A stretch of 64,000 nt of DNA from a virus (Duplodnaviria > Caudoviricetes): positions 9,404-73,403 of the IMG/VR virus record IMGVR_UViG_3300042295_001683. One strand, 5' to 3'. Shown piece by piece: positions 37,512-47,085 of this stretch. The position numbers and the translations under genes are program-made. The notes beneath the pieces are model-generated. The model saw nothing but the letters and a program-made list of their open reading frames with translations. It did no database searches and had not been told where the DNA came from. Numbering within the stretch: position 1 is the first letter of the stretch; each line of letters starts with the position of its first letter.

Positions 37512-39240
37512 CTAACAGATCCCAAAAACCAAGCTGAGAGCCAATATTAGGATCGATTTGCGCGGATCGCTTACGAGATTGCAATTTAGAGTCGGCTTTA
37601 GATAGTGATTTTAAATCTTGCCATAGCTCAAAGTCTTGTGGTGATTGGTTTTCAGAGTTTGCGCGAGTGGTTAGGTTGCGATCTAGCTGTAAATCATTGT
37701 CTGGTAAGGGCTTAAGCTTATCAGCTTCCAATCTTTTATCAGTACTATTTACAGCCCCGCTTTCGCGGTTGATTGCGGGAGTTGTTTCTCCTCCCGATCC
37801 TTTCTTACTCTTGCGAGTCTTACTCGGTTGGCGCTTCTTCCCATGCGTTGCATGATCCACGCCCTTAAATTCCCCCGATGAAGCGGGGTATGGTATCAGT
37901 ACCAAGCCTTTAAAAGCAACATTACGGATAACGGTTGAGGCGTTGTTATCTGCGTTGTCACCATGACCACAATTCAAGCATTTAAAAACAGCTTGAGATG
38001 GTCGAAACTTTTCGGAATAGTAGCCACACTGAGAGCAACCTTGAGAAGTGTGCGGTGCGGGTACTTTCACAAATATTCTTTCTGATGCTTTAGATTTAGT
38101 CTCTAGCATCGTCTTTGTTTTACCGATCGCCACATCATGAAGCGATTTATTTAAACCAGCTTTAGCAGCCGATCCGTTGGGTAGAAAAGCGCCATTTTCA
38201 CCAGCTTTCGCCTTTGGTGCGCGTACCATATTTTTAACTTTGGTATCTTCAATGGCGATGCTTTGATATTCACTTACATATTTTGAAGTGAGCTTATGGA
38301 TAAAGCGATCCCTTTGCCTAGCGATTTTAAGATGCGCTTTAGCTAGTTTAGAGCGTTTAGCTTTTAGCCTGTTAGAGCCATCTTTTGAGCGAGAGATAGA
38401 GCGCTGAATACGAGCTAATTTCTTAGCTTGCATCTTTGCGTAACGCTTAGATTTGTGTAGTCTCCCATCACTATCTGCAATAGGAGCGACTACACCAAAA
38501 TCTAAACCTACTTCTTGCTTTTTTGCTGGTTTAACGGGCTTTACATCTACCGTGCTAGTGAATTGCACATAATAACCATCAGCTTTTTGGACGATGCGTA
38601 CAATCGTATGATTGCCAGCATAGCGACGGTAGAATCCCTTGCATTTGATTTGTCCTAGTCTTGGATAATCAATTAATGCATTGTCATTACCCAAGGGCAA
38701 AATATTAACGTATATCCGACCGTTGCCATTAGAAAAGCTTTCTAATTTATCAGCTTTCTTTTTGTAACGTGGTCTGCCTTTTTTTCCCTTGCGGTACTGA
38801 GTCCATGCATCAATTAGGTTATCCACAACAGATCGCCGTGATTCGCCATCAATAGAGTGTAGAAAATCAGGACACCGCATATTAGCGATAAAGCGATAAT
38901 TTTTAACGTGCTTAAATGGCTCTTCAATATCCCGATGTTTGCGGATGTCGCATTTATCAGGATAGTAAGCACAGCAAAGCCCGTATTGATTATCAGGATT
39001 TACATACTCAATCCCGTCGATTTTGCATGATTTTCGCCATTGCCATACTTCAGGACTATACTCTGCCCATTCTTGTTTTGCCCTCCAATAACGTTGCTGA
39101 TCTTCCTCAAGCAGACTTAAACCAACATTCCATACCCATTTAAGTTGAGTAAGCCACAAATCAATTTGTGTGCTTTGCTCAATCGTGGGAGACAACTTAA
39201 ATTCAGTTATCTTTTTAGTAGTGGCTTCATTGCTAGTCAT
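37495..39240 (-). CDS. TnpB-like type V effector (C2c8/V-U2-like compact Cas12)
   Basis: EFKLSPT...WVWNVGL; RuvC-I VGLDFG, RuvC-II IAIED, HTSQGCSQC/CLNC Zn ribbon, RuvC-III NADNNAS; abuts CRISPR array; no tnpA nearby. Confidence 0.85.
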   Translation of the reverse strand: MTSNEATTKKITEFKLSPTIEQSTQIDLWLTQLKWVWNVGLSLLEEDQQRYWRAKQEWAEYSPEVWQWRKSCKIDGIEYVNPDNQYGLCCAYYPDKCDIRKHRDIEEPFKHVKNYRFIANMRCPDFLHSIDGESRRSVVDNLIDAWTQYRKGKKGRPRYKKKADKLESFSNGNGRIYVNILPLGNDNALIDYPRLGQIKCKGFYRRYAGNHTIVRIVQKADGYYVQFTSTVDVKPVKPAKKQEVGLDFGVVAPIADSDGRLHKSKRYAKMQAKKLARIQRSISRSKDGSNRLKAKRSKLAKAHLKIARQRDRFIHKLTSKYVSEYQSIAIEDTKVKNMVRAPKAKAGENGAFLPNGSAAKAGLNKSLHDVAIGKTKTMLETKSKASERIFVKVPAPHTSQGCSQCGYYSEKFRPSQAVFKCLNCGHGDNADNNASTVIRNVAFKGLVLIPYPASSGEFKGVDHATHGKKRQPSKTRKSKKGSGGETTPAINRESGAVNSTDKRLEADKLKPLPDNDLQLDRNLTTRANSENQSPQDFELWQDLKSLSKADSKLQSRKRSAQIDPNIGSQLGFWDLLGETSG

Positions 39241-39246
39241 ATACTG

Positions 39247-39276
39247 ATAGTATCATAGTATTGATACTATTGACAA
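39247..39276. promoter_or_regulatory. divergent promoter / inverted-repeat operator
   Basis: ATAGTATCA-N6-TGATACTAT; minus strand TTGTCA-N18-TACTAT ending 6 nt before the cas12 ATG. Confidence 0.55.
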
Positions 39277-39304
39277 GCTTTTAATACAAGCTTTTAATTG
39301 TGAT

Positions 39305-39514
39305 ATGGCTTTAAGAAATATAGTTAAAGAATTTCTGGAAGAAAGAAAAATAACCGCTTATCAGTTCGTCAAAGAAACGGGGATAAGCGGTACAACTGGC
39401 TATGAGTTAGCGCGTAACCCTTGGCATATACCATCTACAGGCTCAATCGCTAAAATCTGCGATACCTACAAAATTCAACCATCTGAAATTGTTGTTTGGG
39501 TAGGGAATGAATAA
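39305..39514 (+). CDS. Xre/Cro-type HTH regulator divergent from cas12
   Basis: VKEFLEERKITAYQFVKETGISGTTGYEL...IAKICDTYKIQPSEI. Confidence 0.85.
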   Translation: MALRNIVKEFLEERKITAYQFVKETGISGTTGYELARNPWHIPSTGSIAKICDTYKIQPSEIVVWVGNE

Positions 39515-39580
39515 CAGCCGCATAAGCTAAAATCATGAAGCAAGGTTAAACACTATCTTTAGCGTTGAGTCAGCCCCTTG

Positions 39581-39620
39581 CAACAAAAAGCCGATCGCTT
39601 GTTGGTCGGCTTTTTTGTTG
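39581..39620. terminator. intrinsic terminator
   Basis: CAACAAAAAGCCGATC...GGTCGGCTTTTTTGTTG. Confidence 0.75.
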
Positions 39621-39688
39621 CGTAATCTCCTATACAAAAACCTGCGAGATACTTGCAATAATTAACCAACGTATCAAGTAAGAATATT

Positions 39689-39889
39689 ATGCAAGTTTGC
39701 GATATTTGCGGCGCTCAAGAAACTAACGGTAATATCTCCTTATCAGCCGACCGCAATCGGCATATATCTGTATCTAATAAGGATTTGCATTATACAAGAT
39801 GTTGCCAGATCGCTATCAGTCGAGGTCGCAAAGGTTGTTTGAATAGATTAGGAAAAGTTATAGATCTTTCTACTCTGTTTGGTGTTTAG
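39689..39889 (+). CDS. small Cys-rich protein
   Basis: CDICG...TRCCQ...GCLN. Confidence 0.55.
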   Translation: MQVCDICGAQETNGNISLSADRNRHISVSNKDLHYTRCCQIAISRGRKGCLNRLGKVIDLSTLFGV

Positions 39890-39890
39890 A

Positions 39891-42800
39891 TTACATACTC
39901 AACGCCGCCGATCGTGCCATCTCCCTTTGAATTTGCAAAGCGATCTCAGTAGCATTACCGCTACCAGTCGTCACATTTACGTTATAGGTTTTGTTACCGC
40001 CCGAATTGTTCAATACGTTCTTAGTCTGATTTGCAGGTAGGACATTAGAGCCTCTAGGCAATGTCACAAGCTCAGCACCTCGTTCTCCTACCAATGCAAT
40101 ACCGCCGCGGAAGTTTGTAACACCACTAGCAAAAGCAGGAACTTTTCCTACCCCTACAGCGCCGCTAAGTGGTGAAGCCCCTTTGGCGACTGATAGAGCG
40201 CTGATAATTTGCTGTGCAGACTTACCTAAAATTTGCTGTATCTCAATCGCAGACGCTTTATCTAGCGCCCTTTGTTGCTCTTTAAATACTCTCTCACGTT
40301 CGATTTTCTGATCCTCAAACGCCCGATCAAGCGCTAGCTCTTTCTCTTTTTGAGCTAACTTAATCGTCTCTAGCTCAGCATCAGCAGCTTTCCTGAGTGC
40401 TAAGTCCTCGTTAGTTTGCTGTAGTTTTAAAGCACGTTCTTCATCGGCTTGCTGCTTTTTAATTGTTGCAAGTTCACCTCTCTCGAAAGCTAATTTACTA
40501 GCCTGTAATTCAGCTTCGATTCTTTGTTTTTCAGGTTTGAGTACAGTGTTCTCAAAGTTCAACTTAGCAGCGTTTTGCTCAGCATCAAAAGCCAACTTAG
40601 CAGCGTTTAATTCAGCTTCAAAAGCCTTGTCACTAGCTCTCTTGACCTCTGTGCGCTTTACATCTTCAGCTTTATCGATTTCAAGCTGCTTGGCTTTGTT
40701 GGCTTTCTCTAATTCGTCCAATGCAAGTTGTACTTTTTTCTGCTCTTCACCCGTAGCGATCGCGGATACTTGAGCTATTTGCTTGGCTTGAGCAACTAAC
40801 TGTTCTTGGCTTTGTACTCCGCCCTGTCCTTGGGTAGCTGCTTGTGCTCTAATGCGATTCTCTTCTTCGATTTGCGCTGCAATCCTAGCCCGATCTTCGG
40901 GCTTGGCAGTAGCGATCGCGCCTTCATTACTGATTAATTGCTTAGCTTTTGACAAAGCCTCAGATGCTTGTTTATCACGCTGAGCGCGTTGCGCTGCAAA
41001 AGCTTCATCGTCTTTACGTTGCTTTTCTGCTCTCTGTTCCTTAAGTGCATTTTGCTTGTCATCAAAATCCTGCTTGAGTTTGTTTAGTTTCTCCTCGTTT
41101 GCACGTTTCTTGGCATCAAGAGCATCCTCAAGTTGTAGTTTTTTGGCATTCTGAGCGTCGTCAAATGCGCGTTGCTTATCTTGTAAAGCTAGGGTTTGCT
41201 TTTCCTTTAGTACCTCTGTTTCTAGCGCTTGCTTGCGATCTAGCTCACCTTTTGCGAGTGCATTTTTTTCTTCAATTGCTTTGATTGCATTGGCATTCTC
41301 ACGATCTCGCTTGGCTTTGGTGTCTTCAAAGGATCTCTTGATATTTTTTTCAGCGTCTTGGTTTTGGGCTTCCCTGATTCTTTCAGCTTGCTTGCGTTGT
41401 TCATCGGTTACTTCAGCTTCCTTTGCTGCTGTACTATTTACCGCAGCAATTCGATCTTCTAAAAGTTTTTTGCGTTTGGAGAATATTGCAATCTCATTGT
41501 TTAGAAGTTTTTGTAAAGCAGGGTTATCAGAAGCGCCTTGAGCTTGCGCTTTCAAGGAATTAATAGCTAAATCAATATTTTCAACCTGCTCCTTGGTTTC
41601 TTTATTAAATTTCGCTACTCCTTCGGCACCCAATCTATTTTTAGCCCCTGTAGCGTCAATGGCTACACCGTATTTATTCAATACGTTGAGTGATTCGTCA
41701 AGGTCTTTGGTATATTCCTTTTGATTTTCAGCAAATTCAATTACTTCTTTTTGTCGCCCCCTTTGCGCCCCAAAAATATCAAATGTTGCGCCTTGTCTTC
41801 CTAATCCGTCGTCAGTAGTTTGCTCAGGTGGCGCTAGCTTACCGCGTAGCGCTTGTAATTCTGCTAATTTTTGCTTGTAATCCTGCAAGCTTTTTGTCGA
41901 TTCCGAAACATTAAAAGCTGATGATAATTGCTTACCTACTGCAATTAGTGGAATCGCAGCAATAGCAATTAACCCCAATGGCGTTGTCAGTGCATACGCC
42001 GCTACACTAGCAGCCGTGAGCGCACCTGTTAGCACTCCCGTACCTACAGCAAGTGCCCCTTGAGCGATCGCCGCTAATCCCGCTTTAGTGGTTAGCAGTG
42101 TAAAGGCATTACTAGCTAGGGTAGTCGCAAAGGTGAGGGCTTTAGTACCAAAAGCTGCAATACCAGCCGCCCCACCAAATAACTTTAACCCCTCAACAAA
42201 AGCTGGAGCCGCCGCGCCGATCGCTGTAAGAGCCGCACCTAATGTAACAATACCGCCAACTAGTCCAATAATCGCGCCTAAACCTACTTGAATTGGTGCG
42301 GGTAATTGGTTGAATACATCAACAGCCGCGCCTACAACCGCTATTAATGGCGCAAAAGCTGTTTGTGTACCACGTCCTAAATTTACTAAAGCTTCATTGA
42401 TTTTGTTGATTGCTGTTGTTATTTTCCCTTCAGCAGATTTAGCAACAACATCAAAACCAATTTGCGCTTTGCCCGAAGCATTGCCAACAGCTACTAGATT
42501 CTCATTAAAGTTCTTAAGGTCGTCGTTAAGTAAAGGGACAACAGCAGTTAAACCATCAATATCTGTAAAGATTTTAGATAGCTGACTACTGGTGGTTAAG
42601 CCAGCCACTTTTAATCGATTGAGTACACCTGTTAATCCTTCAGTTTTAAGCGTTGTAGCAGCGTTAGTGATCCCAATAGCCTTCAATGCTTCTTTTGCGG
42701 ATTGCGTGGGCTTAACCAAGTTGACGATCGCCTGTCTAATACCACTAACCGCAGTCTCGGTTTTAACGCCTTTAATCGTAACGCTTGCTATGGCAGCGTT

Positions 42801-43826
42801 TAACTCGTTTAGTGTTACGCCCGCACTTGCAGCAATTGGCGCAACTTTACCAAGCTGACCAGCAAATAATCCAATTGTAGTTTTACCTTTATCTTGGACT
42901 ACTGCTAATTGGTCTACTACCTTAGCAGCATCGCTAGCAGCTAAACCATAGGCATTCAAAATTGAGGTAGTTGCATCAGCTACCGTAGCTGTGTCAGTAA
43001 AACCAGCCTTAGCACCTAATACCGATACTCTGGCAATCTCTGAAGCATCAGCAGCATTAATAAATCCACTAGATAGAATTTCGTATTGTGCTGTTAATAT
43101 TTCGGTGCTGGTTACTTGATTGTTTAAATCCTTTGATAGCTTGATAGCTGTATTAGCAAAAGCGTTAGATTGAGTAGATAATGTCGCTACTTTAGTTTTG
43201 GCAGTATCAAAAGCCAAAAAAGCTTGATTAGCAGCACTAGAAACTTGATTGAAAGTAGTACCAATCCGTTCTAATGTCTGCGATGTATTTTGTAGTTGCT
43301 CAGCTAAATCTCGCGCTTTCTCAGTAGTAGCGCCAATGAACTGATTAAAAGTTACAGGACTCGCATCGTCAAAACCTTTCTTGATTTTGTCGAGATTAAG
43401 TTTATTGATTTCACTCGCTAGAGCTTTAGCGTTAGCAATATCAGCAGGATTAATCAGCTTTGCATCTATAGCTGCTAATTGCTGTTTGTATCGTAGTAAT
43501 TCTTGTGCAACTCGCGCCGCCTCTTTGTCAGCGCCATCTGATACCCGTACAGCGCTAGCTGCTTTTTGTTTTTCTAGTTGCGAGATAAAAGCAGCCGATC
43601 TAGTTGCGTCGTTTGCGCCGCTTTGTGCCTTTTTCTTCTCTAAAGCATCAACTTCTAGCTGTAGTTTTTTGAGCGAAGCTTCAGCAATTTTTGCTGATTC
43701 CGCGCCGCCCAAATTTAAGACGGGTGCTTTGATATTACCGATCGCAGATTGCAAAGTTTTGATGTCACTGATCGCCTTGTCGATGCCATCAAAACTTACT
43801 CTAATTGCGTAATTCTCATCAGCCAT
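39891..43826 (-). CDS. tail tape measure protein
   Basis: 1311 aa, Ala-rich; TP901-like core YEILSSG...VQDKGKTT; C-terminal FASG...LVGERGAELV. Confidence 0.92.
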   Translation of the reverse strand: MADENYAIRVSFDGIDKAISDIKTLQSAIGNIKAPVLNLGGAESAKIAEASLKKLQLEVDALEKKKAQSGANDATRSAAFISQLEKQKAASAVRVSDGADKEAARVAQELLRYKQQLAAIDAKLINPADIANAKALASEINKLNLDKIKKGFDDASPVTFNQFIGATTEKARDLAEQLQNTSQTLERIGTTFNQVSSAANQAFLAFDTAKTKVATLSTQSNAFANTAIKLSKDLNNQVTSTEILTAQYEILSSGFINAADASEIARVSVLGAKAGFTDTATVADATTSILNAYGLAASDAAKVVDQLAVVQDKGKTTIGLFAGQLGKVAPIAASAGVTLNELNAAIASVTIKGVKTETAVSGIRQAIVNLVKPTQSAKEALKAIGITNAATTLKTEGLTGVLNRLKVAGLTTSSQLSKIFTDIDGLTAVVPLLNDDLKNFNENLVAVGNASGKAQIGFDVVAKSAEGKITTAINKINEALVNLGRGTQTAFAPLIAVVGAAVDVFNQLPAPIQVGLGAIIGLVGGIVTLGAALTAIGAAAPAFVEGLKLFGGAAGIAAFGTKALTFATTLASNAFTLLTTKAGLAAIAQGALAVGTGVLTGALTAASVAAYALTTPLGLIAIAAIPLIAVGKQLSSAFNVSESTKSLQDYKQKLAELQALRGKLAPPEQTTDDGLGRQGATFDIFGAQRGRQKEVIEFAENQKEYTKDLDESLNVLNKYGVAIDATGAKNRLGAEGVAKFNKETKEQVENIDLAINSLKAQAQGASDNPALQKLLNNEIAIFSKRKKLLEDRIAAVNSTAAKEAEVTDEQRKQAERIREAQNQDAEKNIKRSFEDTKAKRDRENANAIKAIEEKNALAKGELDRKQALETEVLKEKQTLALQDKQRAFDDAQNAKKLQLEDALDAKKRANEEKLNKLKQDFDDKQNALKEQRAEKQRKDDEAFAAQRAQRDKQASEALSKAKQLISNEGAIATAKPEDRARIAAQIEEENRIRAQAATQGQGGVQSQEQLVAQAKQIAQVSAIATGEEQKKVQLALDELEKANKAKQLEIDKAEDVKRTEVKRASDKAFEAELNAAKLAFDAEQNAAKLNFENTVLKPEKQRIEAELQASKLAFERGELATIKKQQADEERALKLQQTNEDLALRKAADAELETIKLAQKEKELALDRAFEDQKIERERVFKEQQRALDKASAIEIQQILGKSAQQIISALSVAKGASPLSGAVGVGKVPAFASGVTNFRGGIALVGERGAELVTLPRGSNVLPANQTKNVLNNSGGNKTYNVNVTTGSGNATEIALQIQREMARSAALSM

Positions 43827-43828
43827 AT

Positions 43829-44248
43829 CTAGTCACCCGCTAATAATTCAATCGTCTCGTAATCGCAAATTTCTACAACCCAATTCGGGATCTTGCCTTT
43901 CTTAAACAGCAAAGCAAACTTCTTGGCAAAGGTTACAGACATCCGCTTTTTGGCTTGCATTCTACGCAATGCTTGCAGTGAAGGGGTAAGCGATCTAAAG
44001 GCTTTCTCACGGTCTTTAAAATCACCAGTAGCTAACGTATTTCGCGCCGCAATCACCTCTAGTTCTGCCGATCGCTGTAACTCTTGCTCGTTAATATAAG
44101 CAAGATATTGCCTAATTACGCTGATTCGAGTAGACCCGAAATTTCCACTAAATTTGTCTCGGAATCTTGATCCTGTGAGTTTGAGGTAGATTTGATTCCA
44201 CTCTTCCTCAATGTCTTTAACGGTACGGTTGGACTTCCGTCCTTTCCC
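43829..44248 (-). CDS. -1 frameshift extension of the tail assembly chaperone (gpGT-like)
   Basis: G GGA AAG at 44248-44242; the -1 frame reads open into ORF 43829..44056. Confidence 0.75.
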   Translation of the reverse strand, partial: GKGRKSNRTVKDIEEEWNQIYLKLTGSRFRDKFSGNFGSTRISVIRQYLAYINEQELQRSAELEVIAARNTLATGDFKDREKAFRSLTPSLQALRRMQAKKRMSVTFAKKFALLFKKGKIPNWVVEICDYETIELLAGD

Positions 44249-44577
44249 TCAGTCACGGGTTCATCAAGTTCATAGTTTTCAGTAATTCCCTCGCGTTCAG
44301 ATACAAAAGTTAGCCACAAAGCCTCGATCAAAAGTATTGACTTTTTGAGCTGTGCTGTAATTTCTTCACGGCTTACAGATAATCGCACTGCCAACCATGC
44401 CGATACCTGTACGATTTTCCACTCAGTATTGGCACTAGTCGAGCTTAAATCAATAGCGATCGCTTTATCGACTGCAATCGCTTCATCTACGGTTAATTCC
44501 CCTAGTAAAGGAATTTCAACACCAAAAACGGTTTTAGATTTAAAGGGAGGCTTTTGCTCAATCTCAAAAATTAGCAT
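44116..44577 (-). CDS. tail assembly chaperone (gpG-like)
   Basis: between major tail and tape measure genes; contains slippery site. Confidence 0.75.
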   Translation of the reverse strand: MLIFEIEQKPPFKSKTVFGVEIPLLGELTVDEAIAVDKAIAIDLSSTSANTEWKIVQVSAWLAVRLSVSREEITAQLKKSILLIEALWLTFVSEREGITENYELDEPVTEGKDGSPTVPLKTLRKSGIKSTSNSQDQDSETNLVEISGLLESA

Positions 44578-44783
44578 ATTTGCAAAGTGATATTTTGATG
44601 TGTATTAATGTCAGTCTTTGGGATTAATACAGTGGCAACCAAAACGCGATCGCCACTGTATAAATCTACTTTTGTTTCTTGCGTAAACTCTTCCCTTAGA
44701 TAAAGCATTTCGGCAATAAGCTGCTTGCCGTCTAGCTTGCAGCTTATTGCGTATGCTTTAGGAGAGATTAGATATTCGTGCAT
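44571..44783 (-). CDS. hypothetical protein
   Basis: coupled ORF in tail operon. Confidence 0.55.
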   Translation of the reverse strand: MHEYLISPKAYAISCKLDGKQLIAEMLYLREEFTQETKVDLYSGDRVLVATVLIPKTDINTHQNITLQIC

Positions 44784-45562
44784 TAAGTTACGACTGCGGG
44801 ATCTGTGAATACACTTCCATTAGCTTTGAAAGGTAAGTTTTGCTTGCTAATCGCTCCAGCCTGTACGTCAATAGTCTGGTCTGTGCAATAGCAGATAGCA
44901 CGACGAACCGATCCCGATGTATAACCAGCCGCAGGGGGCGGAGTAGTGATAACTACCCACATATAATTCCCTGGAGTTGAAATCACGGTAGTGCCATCGA
45001 TCGCAGTTGCGCCGATCGTCAAGTTGGCTACGGTAGTTAGCCCAGCATCGATAGAACTAAACGCACCATCACAGCTAAATTCACCCGCGCCGCTAACGAT
45101 TTGACCTTGATCGAACAAAGTGCTATCAAAGGTTCGTAACTGTTCATCAGCGAGGGTTACTGTACCTGTAGCTGTTGAACGCGCCCCAAGAGGAATAAAG
45201 TTAGAGCTAGTGCTGTTGTTTGGGATCGCTAGATGGTTCGCATCGAGTGCAATTGAGCCAGTGGCAGTATATGGCCCCGACCCAGTGCTTAACGCCGTGC
45301 TGACAGCAGTTGTAACCGTTGCGCTAACTACGTTTCCAGTTACTGGATCGGTAAATGGCAGACAAGTTCCAGCGGGGATCTTAATGGTTTGCCCAGCCGT
45401 TGCAACGCTATAGGAAACAGCAACAGTAGTCGCGTTCTTAATAGCAGCCGTGGTAACGGTGATCGCAATGCGCTTGGGGTAATCGGTGTCGCCTTTACCT
45501 AAAGGCACGATCTCGACTTTAGCGCCATTACCCGTCTCAAATGTCGTGAGCTTCTCACCCAT
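44783..45562 (-). CDS. major tail (tube) protein
   Basis: Thr/Ala/Gly-rich, synteny upstream of chaperone and tape measure, C-terminal LPFKANG. Confidence 0.7.
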   Translation of the reverse strand: MGEKLTTFETGNGAKVEIVPLGKGDTDYPKRIAITVTTAAIKNATTVAVSYSVATAGQTIKIPAGTCLPFTDPVTGNVVSATVTTAVSTALSTGSGPYTATGSIALDANHLAIPNNSTSSNFIPLGARSTATGTVTLADEQLRTFDSTLFDQGQIVSGAGEFSCDGAFSSIDAGLTTVANLTIGATAIDGTTVISTPGNYMWVVITTPPPAAGYTSGSVRRAICYCTDQTIDVQAGAISKQNLPFKANGSVFTDPAVVT

Positions 45563-45661
45563 GATTTTAATCCTAGATACTTTACCCTCTAGGATTGCAT
45601 CAAAAAATAGCTATAATATTGAGTACGGACTGATCGCGGACTAACTACGGACTGAGATTTT

Positions 45662-47083
45662 ATGAGCGAAAATATTGAAGATTTGAAAGAGTTTCGCCGT
45701 AGCATTAGCGATATTTTTGACGGCGATTTTTTGAGCGATAGAGCTATCATCAACAAGGTTAAAAGGGTTGCAGAAAACAATGATATTTTGTTTGAAATTT
45801 CGTGTATGTTTGACAACCCTAAGAGCTTGAAAGTTAAAATCAAAGAGCTAGCAGAATTTCGCGACCGCGTGAAAAGCCTTTTACATGTATCGCCTGAAGT
45901 TAGCGACCCTGATTCTATTGGTTTTATTGAGTACCTCATGGGACGATACAAGCGCTGGGAACGCGATCATGAGGTTACTCAATTTGCGCTTGAGGTCAAA
46001 CAGCTTTTAATTGATCTAGTTGGCAAAGACATTAGCAATGATGAAGCGATCGCTGAGATTAAGCGCTTGCAAGCCAATCAAAACAGAAGTGACAAAATCA
46101 TCCTTGATAGGCTTGCAGAACAAGAGGAGTTTGAAAAGGCTCCACGCTATGATCCGCAAGAAGTCTCAGAAATCTGTGATGATAGCGATCATAAATCTGC
46201 CAAGGATCGCGAAATTGAGAGACTAAATCGCTGTCTATCGGAGATTGTTGACATTTTAAATAGGGCTAATACAGAATGTCTTGACCATTACAGATCCAAG
46301 CAAGAAGAAAAAATTGTTCTTACTGGATTCCGCCGATTATGCGACATTCACGCAGCCCTTTTTAAAAAGCGTAGTGAGTATGAGATTTATGGCAGTCGCA
46401 TTATTAATGATTTGCTGAACTCAGTAAATCTACAAGCCCAAAAGCACGCCTATGATCAGGAAGAAATCAAGTTTCGCAGTCAGATCAAACAAGCGCTATA
46501 TGAAGGAGTCAGGAAAGACAAATATCCGTCTATTGATGAGTTCCCTGACGATGACGCTATCAGCTTTGTAGAGCATTTAATAGATCGTCACAAACACTGG
46601 GGGCGCGATCATGAGTTTACTCAATTTGCGCTTGAGGTTAAACAGCTTTTAATTGATTCAGTTGGTAAAGATATTAGCAATGAAGAGGCGATCGCTGAGA
46701 TTAAGCGCTTGCAAGCCAATCAAAACAGATTTGATTCTGCAACTTACGATCCTTTTCAAGATAAATACAAACTTGAAAATATAGAACATGCCATTAGCTT
46801 TCGCGCTACAGTAGCGTCATATTTGGGCTGTTCCTATGACAGGAATGAAGCGATCGCCAAGATTGAACAACTTACAGGAGACAAGGATCGCGAAATTGAG
46901 AGACTAAATCGCTGTATATCTGGTATTGCCTCATTCTTGGACTTGCCTAGTGATGCCAAGCAACCTGACATTTGTTTTGCAATCATGGAGCTAAGGCAGA
47001 AATACAAAAAGATTAGTCGAGAGCCTTCATCACATGAGCAGATCGTCATAGTTGATTGGATCGCCCGTCTCGTTGGTAAGTAA
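45662..47083 (+). CDS. helical protein with internal duplications
   Basis: 126-bp near-repeat 45962-46087/46604-46729; 34-bp repeat 46201/46882. Confidence 0.75.
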   Translation: MSENIEDLKEFRRSISDIFDGDFLSDRAIINKVKRVAENNDILFEISCMFDNPKSLKVKIKELAEFRDRVKSLLHVSPEVSDPDSIGFIEYLMGRYKRWERDHEVTQFALEVKQLLIDLVGKDISNDEAIAEIKRLQANQNRSDKIILDRLAEQEEFEKAPRYDPQEVSEICDDSDHKSAKDREIERLNRCLSEIVDILNRANTECLDHYRSKQEEKIVLTGFRRLCDIHAALFKKRSEYEIYGSRIINDLLNSVNLQAQKHAYDQEEIKFRSQIKQALYEGVRKDKYPSIDEFPDDDAISFVEHLIDRHKHWGRDHEFTQFALEVKQLLIDSVGKDISNEEAIAEIKRLQANQNRFDSATYDPFQDKYKLENIEHAISFRATVASYLGCSYDRNEAIAKIEQLTGDKDREIERLNRCISGIASFLDLPSDAKQPDICFAIMELRQKYKKISREPSSHEQIVIVDWIARLVGK

Positions 47084-47085
47084 GC

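Noticed and set aside
37495-39240. IS200/IS605 transposon
   Set aside because: No tnpA or IS607 recombinase nearby and no end hairpins recognised; the gene abuts a CRISPR array instead
39515-39620. tracrRNA anti-repeat (AGCCGATCGCTT matches the repeat core)
   Set aside because: The match is HIP1-centred and forms the stem of an ordinary terminator, so chance is likely
40537-43812. Several plus-strand ORFs opposite the tape measure gene
   Set aside because: Antisense shadows of an Ala/Leu-rich gene with no motifs; the same applies to most short antisense ORFs in the track
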